A stretch of 63,312 bases of DNA, taken from positions 1-63,312 of the forward strand of contig JAPDJY010000048.1 of assembly GCA_029258835.1 (NCBI GenBank), given 5' to 3'. The position numbers and the translations under genes are program-made. Shown piece after piece: positions 9,478 through 18,645 of the stretch. The notes under the pieces were generated by a model. The model saw only the letters and a list, made by a program, of their open reading frames with translations, was not told the origin of the DNA and did not search any database. The stretch's first letter is position 1. Each line of letters opens with the position of its first letter. This DNA comes from Thermoproteota archaeon. GTDB lineage: Archaea; Asgardarchaeota; Jordiarchaeia; Jordiarchaeales; Freyrarchaeaceae.

Positions 9478-10068
9478 TTATGGTGTTACTTGTATGCTTT
9501 CGCCTCGGGTGCTGAATGCCCCCTTAAGAATTGCCTCTATAAATAGATCTGGGATAGCCGGGAACCCCTCTTTAACCATCTTATTCCAGACAGCGACTAT
9601 TTTCCGGTAACTTTCCAGTTCCCTCACCGCTTTCTCCCCTATTAATGCTAGTTCATGCTTTTTAACTTCCCTTCCTTTTCCTAGTCCCTTACAGTCTTTC
9701 TTCGCCTTAATGGTTAAGCCATACCTTAACAATCCGTTTTCTATCGAAAACGTGAAGGGGAACGTTCTACATATCATCGGTCTCGCAGGGTAAATTGAGC
9801 AGAGGTTTCCTTCAAGGAAAACACATGTTCCATCATTTCTTTTCCGTAGTCCTAGGATCGCTTTCCCCCTGTAAGTTTCTAGGGCGGGGAAAACTAGTTT
9901 CTCTATTAATTGGTGGTTGGCCTGATAGAAGCTTAGGTAGTTCCTCAGGAGCTCCCTGCCATCACAATTTAGAAAGTCCGCAAGCCGAATAATGTCTAGG
10001 TGCGTTAACGTGACGATCACATTTTTATCCTTGCAGCAGCTCGCACACTTCACGCATTTAAACCGCAA
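9478..10068 (-). CDS. YkgJ-family Cys-cluster (Fe-S/Zn-binding) protein
   Basis: CVKCASCC and CVFL...CSIYPARPMICRTFPF. Confidence 0.88.
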   Translation of the reverse strand: MRFKCVKCASCCKDKNVIVTLTHLDIIRLADFLNCDGRELLRNYLSFYQANHQLIEKLVFPALETYRGKAILGLRKRNDGTCVFLEGNLCSIYPARPMICRTFPFTFSIENGLLRYGLTIKAKKDCKGLGKGREVKKHELALIGEKAVRELESYRKIVAVWNKMVKEGFPAIPDLFIEAILKGAFSTRGESIQVTP

Positions 10069-10071
10069 GTT

Positions 10072-10275
10072 TTACCATGACCTCACAAGCCTATCAACAA
10101 GTTCTTCCCTAACTTCCTCTCCTTGATCTCTCCTAAACTTTTTCTTAGCAGAGCATTTCTCGCATTCATAAGACCAAGCATACTTTCCATTCTCCCAGAA
10201 AAGAGTGAAGGTTAGCGGCTCACCACATATACCACACTTAACATCCTCTCTTTTAACTTTTTCAATGACTATCAA
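10072..10275 (-). CDS. Small Zn-ribbon protein
   Basis: CGIC...CEKC; RBS GGAGAG; lies in the operon after alba. Confidence 0.65.
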   Translation of the reverse strand: MIVIEKVKREDVKCGICGEPLTFTLFWENGKYAWSYECEKCSAKKKFRRDQGEEVREELVDRLVRSW

Positions 10276-10306
10276 ATCCGCACTCTCCTAGTATCTTCTT
10301 TCCGCC

Positions 10307-10643
10307 TTAAACCCTGACGAGCTGTATCTCTATCGTGGAGACGTTACGCTGATCCTCCCCGCTTCCAATGGTTTCAGTGCCTATCTTTATCTCTCCAAGT
10401 TTAACGGAGTCCGGCATGAATCTCTGCCTCACAATCTCCACCACGTCAACAGCCTTAGAAATCGCTCTTCCTCGGGCTACAACCCTAACTTCATCTGCTC
10501 CTTGACTTAATTGCATGACACACGCAAGGACATAGCTCACTCGACGTAAGGTAGAGCTTATCATGAAGCCTACCCTACTTTGTCGGTTTTTTCCCTACGA
10601 AAACCATATTCTCAGTTGTGGAGCCCTTTTTCGAACCGGACAT
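10307..10643 (-). CDS. albA: DNA/RNA-binding protein Alba, two exons (10643-10580 and 10539-10307), 98 aa after splicing
   Basis: Exon 1 [21 protein letters not shown] plus exon 2 (M)[10 protein letters not shown]...[14 protein letters not shown]...NVSTIEIQL matches the Alba consensus GKKPxMxYVLA. Confidence 0.9.
10540..10579 (-). other. Bulge-helix-bulge intron (40 nt) in alba mRNA
   Basis: CGAC-AA^A-GTAGGGTAG-GCTT-catgat-AAGC-T-CTACCTTAC-GTCG-AG^T; excision gives CCG ACA ATG AGC TAT. Confidence 0.85.
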
Positions 10644-10919
10644 TTAACCGCCCTCCCTTCCACTGTTTAAAAACCGTAGCCTTTATTTTTGAATAAAACT
10701 GTCTCATAAAAACTTTTAAACTTTCCTACAAGCCACACCATACTCCTTAGAATGGGAGCTAGAGCACTGCATACCATTTAGTACGTTGGCATGTAATACA
10801 TGAGAAGAAATTTAAACATTGAAAATCAGTTTCCGCTTCCAAAGTGAAAACTCTTAAAATTCCTTTTTCACCATTCAATTATCACATATAAAAATGGTAA
10901 TTTTAATATATTAGCTTGG

Positions 10920-11459
10920 GTGAGGAAAAGAGTTGAACACTGCCGGTTGAGGTTAGGCGAAATGGGTAAGCGCATACCTCCTAGTTTACCTGCCGTTTTA
11001 ATTATTCTTCTAGTTGAAGCAGCTTATGCAGTTTTAATCGCTATGTCTTCCCTTATCTTATACGCGTCGACTGAAGGGTTGAAGACTGCCATAATAGCGG
11101 TGCTCCCATTATCTAAATCTATAAGCGATCTCGGTCTGGCAACGTTCATGTACACCTCAGCATGCAGTTTTTCACTGATGTTAACCCTAAGAATCGCTTT
11201 TCTCACTTCCCTTGCAGTTTTCAACGTTCTATTTATTCGGTGGATCCTCATGTTCTGGGAGCACGCCTATCAAGGAGTTTTAACTCGCTCTCTTACGGTA
11301 ATTCTTTTCGCCCTCCTCATCATGCCCAACACCGTCGCTGCATTTCTCATTCTTACAAGCTTACTTCTCACTATAATTTTCTTTCAGAGTGCAGAGTTAA
11401 GGAAACTCTTTGTGGAAGCGAAAGGAGAAGAGGAGAGAAGGAGAGGTGGTGAAGAATGA
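10920..11459 (+). CDS. Hypothetical membrane protein (~4 TM)
   Basis: Hydrophobic stretches; overlaps the next start codon. Confidence 0.65.
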   Translation: MRKRVEHCRLRLGEMGKRIPPSLPAVLIILLVEAAYAVLIAMSSLILYASTEGLKTAIIAVLPLSKSISDLGLATFMYTSACSFSLMLTLRIAFLTSLAVFNVLFIRWILMFWEHAYQGVLTRSLTVILFALLIMPNTVAAFLILTSLLLTIIFFQSAELRKLFVEAKGEEERRRGGEE

Positions 11460-12016
11460 ATTACAAGTATGGAGGATTAGAAATTATAACTCTAACAGGA
11501 GACATAACCAAGCTTGAAGTGGATGCCATAGTTAACGCGGCCAATAGTCACCTCTGGATGGGAGGCGGCGTGGCAGGGGCGCTTAAAAGGGTAGGCGGAG
11601 CCGAGATCGAAGAGGACGCTAGAAAGAAGGCTCCGAAAAACGAGAAGGGTGAACCGTTCGTCCCCGTTGGTGAAGCAATCGCCTCAACTGCAGGGCGGCT
11701 TAAGGCGAAGTATGTAATTCATGCGCCGACCATGGAGAAGCCCGCCATGAGGACTACCCCCGAAAAGGTCGAGAAAGCGATGAGAGCCGCCCTTAAATGC
11801 GCAGAAAGCCTAAACGTTGGAAGCCTAGCAGTACCCGCATTAGGGACAGGAGTTGGCGGCGTCCCCAAGGATGAGGCAGCTAAGAGAATGGTTAAAGCAC
11901 TGATTGAGCATGTACACTCCGGAACAAAACTGAAAAAAGTGTTCCTGTGCGACATAAGCGAGTCTCAGGTAAAGGCGTTTGACGAAGCCTTAACGTCTCT
12001 TAACGTTCAGCGTTAA
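11456..12016 (+). CDS. Macro domain (ADP-ribose-binding / deacylase) protein
   Basis: GDITK..DAIVNAAN..MGGGVAGAL, VIHAPT, PALGTGVGG. Confidence 0.93.
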   Translation: MNYKYGGLEIITLTGDITKLEVDAIVNAANSHLWMGGGVAGALKRVGGAEIEEDARKKAPKNEKGEPFVPVGEAIASTAGRLKAKYVIHAPTMEKPAMRTTPEKVEKAMRAALKCAESLNVGSLAVPALGTGVGGVPKDEAAKRMVKALIEHVHSGTKLKKVFLCDISESQVKAFDEALTSLNVQR

Positions 12017-12294
12017 CCTGCAGCCTTGGCTTCCTTAGCCTGCATTCCCATCCAAATTTTTATTCTTTTGTTCCCTGCCACCAGCTTTATTAATCCCTTT
12101 CTCTCAAGGTCTCGCAGGATGCTCTTAACTACACTGACCCTTAATCCGTACTTGTCTGACACCTCGCTAGGTGTTATAACCTTCATCCTTGGGATCTCCT
12201 TTTCCATGGTCTCAAGGATTGTCTCGTCGATTAGTATGTTGCGCACCTCTTTCTCCACAACCTTCTCCTGAGCTTTCTTCATCTTCTTTCCCAT
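12013..12294 (-). CDS. rps25e: Ribosomal protein eS25
   Basis: KVITPSEVSDKYGLRVSVVKSILRDLERKGLIKLV; RBS GGAGG before ATG 12294. Confidence 0.88.
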   Translation of the reverse strand: MGKKMKKAQEKVVEKEVRNILIDETILETMEKEIPRMKVITPSEVSDKYGLRVSVVKSILRDLERKGLIKLVAGNKRIKIWMGMQAKEAKAAG

Positions 12295-12462
12295 AATTAA
12301 CCTCCAAAATCGTTTGAACGCGAGCAAATAAGAGTTCAACCTAGCCTTTACAGCCACTCCTCAACCGGAATAGTTAAATTTTTCTCTCCAATTTAAAGCG
12401 TTACCTTCACAATCCCTGATTGAAAGGAGGGCAACCCGCTAATGGCCCCACCAACCATTCGT

Positions 12463-13272
12463 TTAAGCGTTGAGCAGCAGTTTATCCAAGTTTGCTCTCT
12501 CCGACATGCGTACCGCCCTTATACGACGAGGGTACTCCAAGTTTATGCGCTTAACCAGCACATCCTCCTGCCCTCTCTTTCCGATAGTGACCTTTAATCT
12601 TGCAGGGCTCTCAAACCCTTCCTGAAAGCCTACAAGTATGCTCTCTCCAGGCCATTCCAATCCTCTTTCAAAACTAACCGAGTTTACTCCAACTATGGGG
12701 ATCCTGTTCTCGAGGGCTCTCGCCTTAACGTATATGTGCCAGTTCTCTATCCCTGCTGATGGTATGAATGCAGGATTGAATATTATGTCTGCCCCCTTAA
12801 GTGTTAGTATCCTGGCGACCTCAGGGAATGCTAGGTCAAAGCAAACAGTCATCCCAACCATTCCAAACTCCGTCCTGCAGGGTTCTAAGCGTGAACCAGG
12901 CTTGAAGAAGTACTTCTCAATACTGTAAAGATGAATTTTCCTGTGGACTCCTATGCATTCCCCCGACCTGTCAAAGAGACGCGACACATTGTAGATTTCT
13001 CCCCCCTCCCTCTCCCACAAGGAGCCGCCAAGCACGTAGACCCCGTACTCCTCAGCGATCCTCTCCAAAGCCTTCACGCTCGGCCCATCAGGCTTCTCGG
13101 CATCATCAGGCGGGTTTCCCTCCTTGAGGTTCCACTTTTCAGGGAGGCATATCACGTCCACCTCCGTCCTTTTAAGTAAGCCGTCAACTATTTCTGAAAC
13201 CCGCCTGATGTTCTCCTCCTTAGTTTCAGCTTTTGCAAGCTGAATGGCTGCAACAAGAACCTCTTTCCTCAA
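12463..13272 (-). CDS. Carbon-nitrogen hydrolase (nitrilase family)
   Basis: E-K-C triad motifs LPE, HRKIHL, VCFDLAFPE; ARALEN. Confidence 0.92.
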   Translation of the reverse strand: MRKEVLVAAIQLAKAETKEENIRRVSEIVDGLLKRTEVDVICLPEKWNLKEGNPPDDAEKPDGPSVKALERIAEEYGVYVLGGSLWEREGGEIYNVSRLFDRSGECIGVHRKIHLYSIEKYFFKPGSRLEPCRTEFGMVGMTVCFDLAFPEVARILTLKGADIIFNPAFIPSAGIENWHIYVKARALENRIPIVGVNSVSFERGLEWPGESILVGFQEGFESPARLKVTIGKRGQEDVLVKRINLEYPRRIRAVRMSERANLDKLLLNA

Positions 13273-13364
13273 CGTTTATCTCCTCCATCAGAAAGGCAAA
13301 ATACATTTTACTTTTTTAATCATTGATTATATCCGTTACTCTAAGGCAGTGGAGGCGGCGGATC

Positions 13365-14792
13365 GTGGAAGACACCCTCACCAAACTGGTCGATTATGGA
13401 CTTAAGCTTGGAGCGGAGTACGTGGAAGTTCGATGCGAAGAACTATTTGAAACAACGATGCACATTGAAGACGAACGGGTTGAATCGGTAAGGCAGGGAG
13501 TTGACCGAGGTTTTTCTATTCGCGTGCTAGCACGTGGGGCGTGGGGGTTCGCCTCAACTAACAGCTCAGACCGCCTACAGGATGCATGTAAGAGTGCGGT
13601 TAAGATGGCTTCAGCTGTAAGCAGTAGCGTCAGAGAGAAGGTAGAATTAGCTGAGGTAAGGACGTACCATGACAGAGTCATGGTTAAACCCGACGTGAAT
13701 CCTGCGGACATAGGAGTGGACGAGAAAATACGCCTGTTTCTGGAAGCTAGTGAATCTGCCTTTAAAACAGACAGCAGGGTTAAGAGCTTCACATTCGACT
13801 ACGCCGATATCTACGGAAAAAAATGGTACTTTAACAGTGACGGGGCAGAACTTACCCAAGACGTCCTCTACGTTTGGGGTAGAGCCTTAGCCACAGCTAG
13901 AGAAGGAGACATTTACGTCTCCTACAGGGAGGAGTTAGGTTCCACAGCTGGATTCAAGCTATGGCAGGAGACACCTCCACAAGAGTTAGGAGAAAAAATG
14001 GCTGGCTACCTGTTGGAGCAGTTGGGCGCCGCCCCTCCGAAAGGAGGAGCTTTTCCTGTGGTTCTTGGGCCTAACGTCACGGGTGTACTGGCCCATGAAG
14101 CCTTTGGACATTTAGCCGAGGCAGACTTGACGCTTGCTGGAGGACTGTTATTATCCAAGCTCGGGGACAAAGTGGCTTCACCTTTAGTCACCATATGCGA
14201 TGATGGAACCATTAAGAACGGGTTCGGAAGCTTCAAGTATGATGATGAAGGGGTGAGGACGCAGAAAACCATAATAGTGAAGGAAGGTCGCGTCGTCGGG
14301 TTAATGTATGACCGTGAAAGAGCAGCGAAAATACGGAAAATGTCGAGGAGACTCGGGTTGGAGCGAGAGGAGGAGTTTGGCATGGAGCCAACCGGTAACG
14401 CAAGAGCTGAAAGCTTTAGGGTTCCACCCCTCATAAGGATGAGAAATACCTACTTTGAGCCTGGCGACTGGCGGCTTGAAGAAATGGTAGAGGACTTGTC
14501 CTTCGGCTACCTCATGGAAAGCTTTAGAGGTGGCCAAGCTAACCTAGATGGTACGTTCCAAGTTGGTATTCAAAGAGCGTATGAGATAGTTAATGGTGAG
14601 GTGGGCCGTCCAGTTAGGAATGCTTCGATTAGTGGAAACACCCTTGAAACACTCCTACACGTGGACGCCGTCGGGCGAGACTTCGCGCTTAACGCAGGTA
14701 GGTGCGGCAAAGGACAAACGGTATTCGTTGGTGATGGCGGTCCTCATATCAGATGTAGGCAGATGATTGTGGGAGGAGCTAAAATTGAGTGA
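13365..14792 (+). CDS. tldD: TldD metalloprotease
   Basis: HEAFGHLAEAD, YDDEGV, IRMRNTYF, GRCGKGQ. Confidence 0.92.
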   Translation: MEDTLTKLVDYGLKLGAEYVEVRCEELFETTMHIEDERVESVRQGVDRGFSIRVLARGAWGFASTNSSDRLQDACKSAVKMASAVSSSVREKVELAEVRTYHDRVMVKPDVNPADIGVDEKIRLFLEASESAFKTDSRVKSFTFDYADIYGKKWYFNSDGAELTQDVLYVWGRALATAREGDIYVSYREELGSTAGFKLWQETPPQELGEKMAGYLLEQLGAAPPKGGAFPVVLGPNVTGVLAHEAFGHLAEADLTLAGGLLLSKLGDKVASPLVTICDDGTIKNGFGSFKYDDEGVRTQKTIIVKEGRVVGLMYDRERAAKIRKMSRRLGLEREEEFGMEPTGNARAESFRVPPLIRMRNTYFEPGDWRLEEMVEDLSFGYLMESFRGGQANLDGTFQVGIQRAYEIVNGEVGRPVRNASISGNTLETLLHVDAVGRDFALNAGRCGKGQTVFVGDGGPHIRCRQMIVGGAKIE

Positions 14793-16140
14793 CCTTGCAG
14801 CTTTGGTAGAGTGGATGGTAGATTACGCTGAAAGACATGGTGCTCATGAAGCAGAAGTCTATTTTAGCTATAGTAGAGAGTTAGAAGTTGAGATCTCATT
14901 AGGGCAGTTGTCATCCTGTCATCTCTCTGACGAGTACGGTGTAGGGTTAAGGGTTATCGTCGACGGGGCAGTGGGCTTCAGTTTTTCTAATAGTTTAGAA
15001 AGACGTATGCTTGAAGTTAGTGTAGACCGCGCCGTGAAGGCTGCTAAGGCAAGCAAGCCTGATAAGCGATGGACCGGGCTGCCGGACCCAAGAAAGCCTA
15101 CATTTGTCTCCGGTGTTTTTGATAGGAGGATACGCAACATTTCCGAAGAGGAGCTTGTAACCATAGCTAGAACAATGCTTGATGCAGCAGAGGACTACAG
15201 CCATAAGGTGACTGCTTACTGGGGTGTTGCCGCAGCAGGATACGGCGAGGTATTCATAGCTAATAGTCAAGGGTTAAATGTTCACGGTGAAGGGACGTCC
15301 ATTGGTTGCGCCCTCGGAACAGTGGCTAAGGAAGGCAGCCTTATCTCGCCTGAGTGCAGCGACTTCGACTTCAAGAGAACATACGAAGTTAACCCTGAAA
15401 AAGTGGGGGAAACCGCCTCCCAGCTAGCTGTGAACTCGCTGAAGCGCATAGAGGTGAGCTCCGGGGTTTACCCCGTGGTGCTGGCTTACCCTGCCCTACA
15501 CGCTTTAATAGAGTATACCTTCTTGCAGACTATAACGGGGGACAACGTTCTTAGAGGAAAATCTCCTTACGCTGGGAAGATCGGGGAGCAAGTATCATCC
15601 AGCATGATCAGCATAGTGGACGATGGAAGGCTTGAGGGCGGATTAAATTCTTCCCCATTCGACGGGGAAGGCGTGCCAAGCCAGAAGACAACTATTATTA
15701 AAAAGGGCACATTAAAATCTTTCCTATATGACACATATTGGGGTAGAGTGGCTGGTGCCGCATCAACAGGAAATGCTATACGTTCAAGCTACGCATCCAC
15801 TCCCAAGGTGGGGCCATCAAACCTGATCATTGAAAAAGGAAGCAGCAGCTTTGAAGATCTCATTGGGGAGATATCAAACGGGCTACTTGTTTGGGATGTT
15901 CAAGGAGCTCATTCAAGTAACCCCGAGTCAGGTGAGGTGAGCGTTGTGGCAACCCCGTGCTGGCTGATCAGGAACGGTAACATTGCGAGCCCGGTGAAGG
16001 GCCTTATGCTGGCAGATAACTTCTACGGTATGCTGAAAAGAGTGAATGGAGTTGGGGATGACGTTAAAAGCTACTCCTTCTTGGTGTCACCCTCAATACG
16101 TTTTTCCAGCGTTAAAGCCGTGAGTAAGTCTTCAGGATAG
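14785..16140 (+). CDS. pmbA: PmbA/TldE partner protein
   Basis: FDGEGVP, TGNA; lacks HExxH; adjacent to tldD. Confidence 0.9.
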   Translation: MSDLAALVEWMVDYAERHGAHEAEVYFSYSRELEVEISLGQLSSCHLSDEYGVGLRVIVDGAVGFSFSNSLERRMLEVSVDRAVKAAKASKPDKRWTGLPDPRKPTFVSGVFDRRIRNISEEELVTIARTMLDAAEDYSHKVTAYWGVAAAGYGEVFIANSQGLNVHGEGTSIGCALGTVAKEGSLISPECSDFDFKRTYEVNPEKVGETASQLAVNSLKRIEVSSGVYPVVLAYPALHALIEYTFLQTITGDNVLRGKSPYAGKIGEQVSSSMISIVDDGRLEGGLNSSPFDGEGVPSQKTTIIKKGTLKSFLYDTYWGRVAGAASTGNAIRSSYASTPKVGPSNLIIEKGSSSFEDLIGEISNGLLVWDVQGAHSSNPESGEVSVVATPCWLIRNGNIASPVKGLMLADNFYGMLKRVNGVGDDVKSYSFLVSPSIRFSSVKAVSKSSG

Positions 16141-16710
16141 CCTAGAAGCCCACTCTGAAAGCTTATTGAGCATCTCCTTCTTGGACTCGTCATCCAGCCT
16201 TCCCTCTCCCGGCATAGCTTGTAACTTTGAAATTGTGAGTGTGATCTCGGAGAAGACAGGATGATATGGAATCCTCTTCTGCAGTTCCTCCTTCAGCCTC
16301 CTCAATTCATTGATCACGTTAGAAACCTGAGGGTTCACGTTGATGCTTTCAGCAGCTTTCTTAACCATCAACGCAGCCTCTCCTTCGCCGGCCACCTCCA
16401 CAGCAGCTTCCTCAGCCTCCATCTTCCCTTCTTGCAGTTCTAACCTCGTTTCAACCTCTTTCTTGACACCACCCTCCTCAGGTACCGCCTGTTGCCCCTC
16501 TGGCGGCAAAACGGCGGGAAGCGCGGCTTTCTCAACGGCGACGGTAACACCCTCTCTCGGTGCGGGCGCCTCCCCAATAATCCTGTTAATGCTTGAGTAC
16601 GCCTTCAGCAGACTCCTCCTAAGCTTTATTAAGTTGGCGACAAGCTCCCTTATCAGTTTAGCCGAATTATCCAGTTCTTGAATGATTTCCTTAAGATCGC
16701 CTAATTCCAT
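16132..16710 (-). CDS. Hypothetical coiled-coil protein with a C-terminal helical bundle (weak Vps28-CTD resemblance)
   Basis: RBS GGGTGA; N-terminal heptads, a low-complexity linker and a helical C-terminus. Confidence 0.7.
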   Translation of the reverse strand: MELGDLKEIIQELDNSAKLIRELVANLIKLRRSLLKAYSSINRIIGEAPAPREGVTVAVEKAALPAVLPPEGQQAVPEEGGVKKEVETRLELQEGKMEAEEAAVEVAGEGEAALMVKKAAESINVNPQVSNVINELRRLKEELQKRIPYHPVFSEITLTISKLQAMPGEGRLDDESKKEMLNKLSEWASRLS

Positions 16711-16764
16711 CTCACCCTCTCCAAGAAACCATACTCCTATCCAAGTTAAACTAACATCTACAAC

Positions 16765-16792
16765 ATATATTGGTCTTAATATATTGGTCTTA
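16765..16792. repeat. Perfect 14-bp tandem duplication
   Basis: ATATATTGGTCTTA x2 in a divergent intergenic region. Confidence 0.85.
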
Positions 16793-16948
16793 TCTTTTTC
16801 TTCTCCCTGTCGGACTCAGAGCATCACTCTGATCTCTTGCAAATCACCGTGGAGCATCTGTCCCGGAATACCGCCTCTCTAACACAGTCGAAACACTAAA
16901 ATTCACCTTTCAGCAACAGGTTCTTTACTACGGAAAGGGGGTTAAACA

Positions 16949-17803
16949 TTGAACAAGATAGCTAAATGGAGCATCATACTGATCGGCTCGTTCTTCTTAA
17001 TATCGCTAGCGGCAAACTTTGGAGGCTTTGGGGGCTGGTTTGACCTTCTTATCCAGGGGCCATACATCACTTTAATGTTCTATGGTTTTTACAGAGTGCT
17101 CTCGGAGGGCACGTCTAAAACTGGGAAGCGAGGAATTCTTTTAGACCTTCTGCTCATACTTTCCTTGATGATCTTCTTCGTAGGTTACGGAATGCACTTC
17201 ACAGCCAACCACATAGAAGTTCTGATGGCTGAAAACGAGTTTATGCTCTTCATAACCCCCAAGGTTGCCACGAACCCGGAAGCCATCATTTACCTCTATT
17301 CCCTTTACACGCCGACATACTACTTCGACGAGATGCTAGGCCACCAGCTTATTTACACAGGGTTCTTCGGACTGATGATCGGCGGCATCCTGCTTGAATC
17401 TTGGTTCAGAGGAGAAGAAGAGCTTTCAAGAACCGACTACATGGCAGTTACAACCTCATCCATATTATTCACGGTGATAATAGTACTGGCTACGGTTGAA
17501 GGACAGTACGCTATACACGCGTTAGTTCTCACGGTGCTCATGGCAGCGGTTTTACTCGCATACTTTAAAGGAGGAATAGTGAAAAGACCATTCTGCCTCT
17601 TCATGCTGCTAACCTCCATCATGTCTGCAGTGTACATCTCCCTCCTGGCTGCCATGTACTTTGACGTTATAAGCGCAACCCTGCATGGCCTCTTAGGCAG
17701 GATACCGCAATTCTCGGAGCCAGAAAGAATACTTCGCCAGTTCATATTCTTGTCAGGAGTATTCGGTGACGAAGTAAAACTTCTCCTCTCCTTCATCCTT
17801 TAA
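16949..17803 (+). CDS. Hypothetical polytopic membrane protein
   Basis: ~7 hydrophobic helices; His motifs GMHFTANH and DEMLGH suggest metal binding. Confidence 0.75.
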   Translation: MNKIAKWSIILIGSFFLISLAANFGGFGGWFDLLIQGPYITLMFYGFYRVLSEGTSKTGKRGILLDLLLILSLMIFFVGYGMHFTANHIEVLMAENEFMLFITPKVATNPEAIIYLYSLYTPTYYFDEMLGHQLIYTGFFGLMIGGILLESWFRGEEELSRTDYMAVTTSSILFTVIIVLATVEGQYAIHALVLTVLMAAVLLAYFKGGIVKRPFCLFMLLTSIMSAVYISLLAAMYFDVISATLHGLLGRIPQFSEPERILRQFIFLSGVFGDEVKLLLSFIL

Positions 17804-17892
17804 CTCTCTTTTTTTATTTGGAAACGTTAAAACGGTAAATCATTTAATTAGCAAGGTGCCAAAATGGTTTTTTAGGGCTGAGGCGTGGAAGA

Positions 17893-18645
17893 ATGCTAAA
17901 ATACGCTATTAGACTTGCAAGACTTCTTCCTCGAGAGGCTAGGATGGTATATGCTATCCTAGGTTGCCGTCCAGGTAAGGTTGAAAAGAGGGTTCTTCTG
18001 ACAGCAACCAAAATTGCAACACAAAGAGCAGTGCAAATGTTGGAGAGAGTAGAGGAGAGAGGAGAAACGTTTCGTGGCTACTATGAAGGCGTACCCGTTT
18101 CTGTTGTGCCGACAGGAATTGGCTGCCCCGCAACGGCAGTTGTTGTCGAAGCACTTCAAATGGCACGTGTCCGAGCTATTGTAAGAAGCGATTTTGCAGG
18201 CGCCCTCAGGCGGAACATAAGGCTGGGCGATTTACTAGTAGCCGATAAAGCCTACACAGGGGACGGCACAACCAAGCATTACGTTAAGGAGGGCTTTGTG
18301 GAAGGTGACAGAAGCATAACACAACTACTTTCTAAGTGTGCTTCTGAGAGAAACATTAGATTTCACGTTGGACATGTATGGACGACCGATGCGCTTTTCA
18401 GGGAGACCAAGGAGTTATTAGAGGAAGCCATAGGCTTGGAGTGTATAGGCATCGACATGGAAACATCAGCCCTATTCACGGTCGGCGGAATACACGGGAT
18501 CAAATGTGGCTCTATCATGTCGGTTAGCGACAATCCCATAGCTGGGAAACACCTCTTCAACTCTATTACTAAGAAAGAGGTCTTTGAAGGATTGGATCTT
18601 GCAGTGAGCGTAGGGCTTGAAGCCTTGTCAAGAATAAGTATTTGA
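17893..18645 (+). CDS. Nucleoside phosphorylase (PNP/UDP family)
   Basis: TGIGCPAT, VWTTDALFRET, IDMETSALF, VSD. Confidence 0.88.
   Translation: MLKYAIRLARLLPREARMVYAILGCRPGKVEKRVLLTATKIATQRAVQMLERVEERGETFRGYYEGVPVSVVPTGIGCPATAVVVEALQMARVRAIVRSDFAGALRRNIRLGDLLVADKAYTGDGTTKHYVKEGFVEGDRSITQLLSKCASERNIRFHVGHVWTTDALFRETKELLEEAIGLECIGIDMETSALFTVGGIHGIKCGSIMSVSDNPIAGKHLFNSITKKEVFEGLDLAVSVGLEALSRISI

Noticed and set aside
10307-10564. ORF-track 85-aa Alba starting MISSTLRRV
   Set aside because: Its ATG lies in the intron loop and it lacks the conserved GKKP motif encoded by exon 1
14325-14380. ~15-aa insertion in TldD containing a small hairpin
   Set aside because: No 4-bp helix with two 3-nt bulges, and the frame is intact
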